DNA of 50,834 nucleotides from Elusimicrobiota bacterium (lineage in GTDB: Bacteria > Elusimicrobiota > Endomicrobiia > Endomicrobiales > JBDRNC01). Below the pieces are notes generated by a model that worked only from the letters and a program-made list of their open reading frames with translations, searched no databases and had not been told where the DNA came from. Shown here piece by piece: positions 49,232 to 50,834 of this stretch. A program made the translations under genes and the position numbers. The DNA lies in the NCBI GenBank assembly GCA_043811535.1, contig JBDRNC010000007.1, positions 1 through 50,834 on the forward strand. Reading direction: 5' to 3'. Each line of letters begins with the position of its first letter. The stretch's first letter is position 1.

Positions 49232-50680
49232 TCACTGTTTGTTAATGGTGAGCTGCGCTACTGTCTCTATGTGGTAGGTATGAGGGAACATATCGACGGA
49301 TTTTATTTTATTGATTTTGTAGCCGGATGTCTCTATGATAAGGGCAAGGTCCCGAGCGAGAGTCGAGGGATTACAGGACACGTAAATAATCTTTTCGGGT
49401 TTCAACTGGTCTATGTATTTCACGACTTTCGTTGATATCCCTCCGCGCGGCGGGTCCAGTATCAATGCGTTGAAAACAGGTTTATCGGGTAACTTGATCC
49501 CGACATCTTGCTGGTTAAGGTCGTGATTTTCTCTAATATCGGAATTGCGTCCCCCATTCGAGAAAGACTCTTTTGTTTTTGCTGAATTATTAGGGGACTT
49601 GAGCCATTTTTCAACCGCTCCCGCTTTAAACCTGATATTATCTATTTTATTTCTCAATTTATTCTGCTCGGCGTCCTTGACGGCGTCCTCAACCTGCTCA
49701 ACGCCGACAACTTCCTTCACGAACGGCGCGACGATGATGCCTATCGTTCCAGTGCCGCAGTACAAATCAAGCACGGTATCAGTCTTGGCGGGTTCGAGGA
49801 AATCCACGGCCAGTTCATAAAGCTTTTCCGCGCCGAAAGTGTTTGTCTGGAAGAACGAGAACGGGGAAATGATGAAAGAATACTTCCTGCCTCTGACCGT
49901 GACGCTTTCTTCTATTGTTTCCGCGCCTGAAAGAAGGATCATGCTGTCCGCCTGGACGGCGTCGGAAACGCTTGAATTTATCGTCCAGTGGAAAGAGGCC
50001 GTGCTAACCTTTAGGAATTTCACGAGTTCTTCGAATGTCGCGGGGTTGGCTTCCGTCTTAGCGTTCGTGACAAGGTTCACCAGCAGCTGGCCGGTGCTCT
50101 TGGCCTTTCTCAGGACAAGATGCCTGTAAAAACCCTCGTGCGCTCTTTTATCGTAGCACGGGATCAGTGAACCGCGCGAAAAATTCAGGACCATTTCAAG
50201 GACAGGCATCATCTCCTTGTCCGATATGAGGCACGGCGGGACCGGGAAATACCTGTTGAATTCGCCTTTCTGGTGAAGCCCGATTTGAAGCCCGCTGTTG
50301 TCGTTGAAATAACTGAACTCCATCTTGTTGCGGTATCCCCATATTTCCGGGCTCGGAATGACTTCCACCGGTTCGGAATACACAGGCTTAAGGAGTTCTT
50401 CCACGTATTCTTTTTTTATTTTCAGCTGGTTCTCATAGGAGATATGCTGGAACGCGCAGCCGCCGCATTTGGCGAATGACGGGCACTCCGGCTCTATGCG
50501 CATAGGCGACGGCTCGAGCACGGAAACGAGTTTCGCTTCTTTAAAGGTCTTTTTGGCCTTTGTGACGGTAACATCAACTTTTTCGCCCGGCAGGGCCCCT
50601 TCCACGAACGTGGCAATACCGTCCTCGCCGCGGCCGAGGGCTTTTCCTAGATAGACGATCTTTTCAATGGTTATAATCAT
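49232..50680 (-). CDS. rlmD: 23S rRNA (uracil-5) methyltransferase RlmD
   Basis: TRAM domain, C..F..CGGC, SFFQTN, DLYCGTG, LDPPR, YVSCNPSTLARD, DMFPHT.HIE. Confidence 0.93.
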   Translation of the reverse strand: MIITIEKIVYLGKALGRGEDGIATFVEGALPGEKVDVTVTKAKKTFKEAKLVSVLEPSPMRIEPECPSFAKCGGCAFQHISYENQLKIKKEYVEELLKPVYSEPVEVIPSPEIWGYRNKMEFSYFNDNSGLQIGLHQKGEFNRYFPVPPCLISDKEMMPVLEMVLNFSRGSLIPCYDKRAHEGFYRHLVLRKAKSTGQLLVNLVTNAKTEANPATFEELVKFLKVSTASFHWTINSSVSDAVQADSMILLSGAETIEESVTVRGRKYSFIISPFSFFQTNTFGAEKLYELAVDFLEPAKTDTVLDLYCGTGTIGIIVAPFVKEVVGVEQVEDAVKDAEQNKLRNKIDNIRFKAGAVEKWLKSPNNSAKTKESFSNGGRNSDIRENHDLNQQDVGIKLPDKPVFNALILDPPRGGISTKVVKYIDQLKPEKIIYVSCNPSTLARDLALIIETSGYKINKIKSVDMFPHTYHIETVAQLTINKQ

Positions 50681-50700
50681 AGTTATATAAATTCTAAATA

Positions 50701-50834
50701 GTGATACTCCGCCGGCAGGAGCCGGCGGCTTCTTTCGCGTTCTTTAGAAATTGAGTTTCAGTTGCCCTGTGTCTTCTTTGAACTGATGCTCTACATAGGC
50801 GAGAATTTCCTTTTCGTTCATCCCTATGCATGAT
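50701..50834 (-). mobile_element. IS200/IS605-family element, tnpA 3' end and right-end hairpin (truncated by window)
   Basis: Minus frame SCIGMNEKEILAYVEHQFKEDTGQLKLNF* (stop 50744) with the YxxxQ motif; hairpin CCGCCGGC-AGGA-GCCGGCGG at ~50709-50728. Confidence 0.75.

Overview
A 50.8-kb bacterial chromosomal segment with essentially every real gene on the minus strand. Gene content suggests an anaerobe, possibly Elusimicrobiota (inference only). The left edge is an ORF-less group II intron (770 to 3) and the right edge is the 3' end of an IS200-type tnpA. Positions ~820-9915 form a mostly AT-rich accessory array of co-oriented genes: mainly envelope and lipoprotein genes, plus an orphan ftsZ. 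Seven copies of a conserved, imperfectly palindromic intergenic element (core GCGGGATCGTGGGGTAGGTATCGCGC) punctuate the array every 1.2-1.8 kb. The element is not an attC or CRISPR repeat, and no recombinase is present in the window. This candidate gene-cassette platform is the main finding. The remainder is housekeeping: priA, HEPN/MNT toxin-antitoxin, udg, split coaB/coaC, rpoZ-like, gmk, rluD, lgt, lspA, ileS, mtnA, yggU, proC, yggS, groESL with CIRCE, coaX, fumarase, malic enzyme, HD-GYP, PilB, sugar ABC ATPase, two diguanylate cyclases, a secreted tandem-SpoVG protein, a NikR-controlled Ni ECF transporter, a DUF134 operon and rlmD. The spacers between these genes contain several short palindromic repeat families. 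Two families are physically tied to small nuclease genes: GIY-YIG inside terminal inverted repeats, and DUF559 inside REP-like hairpins.
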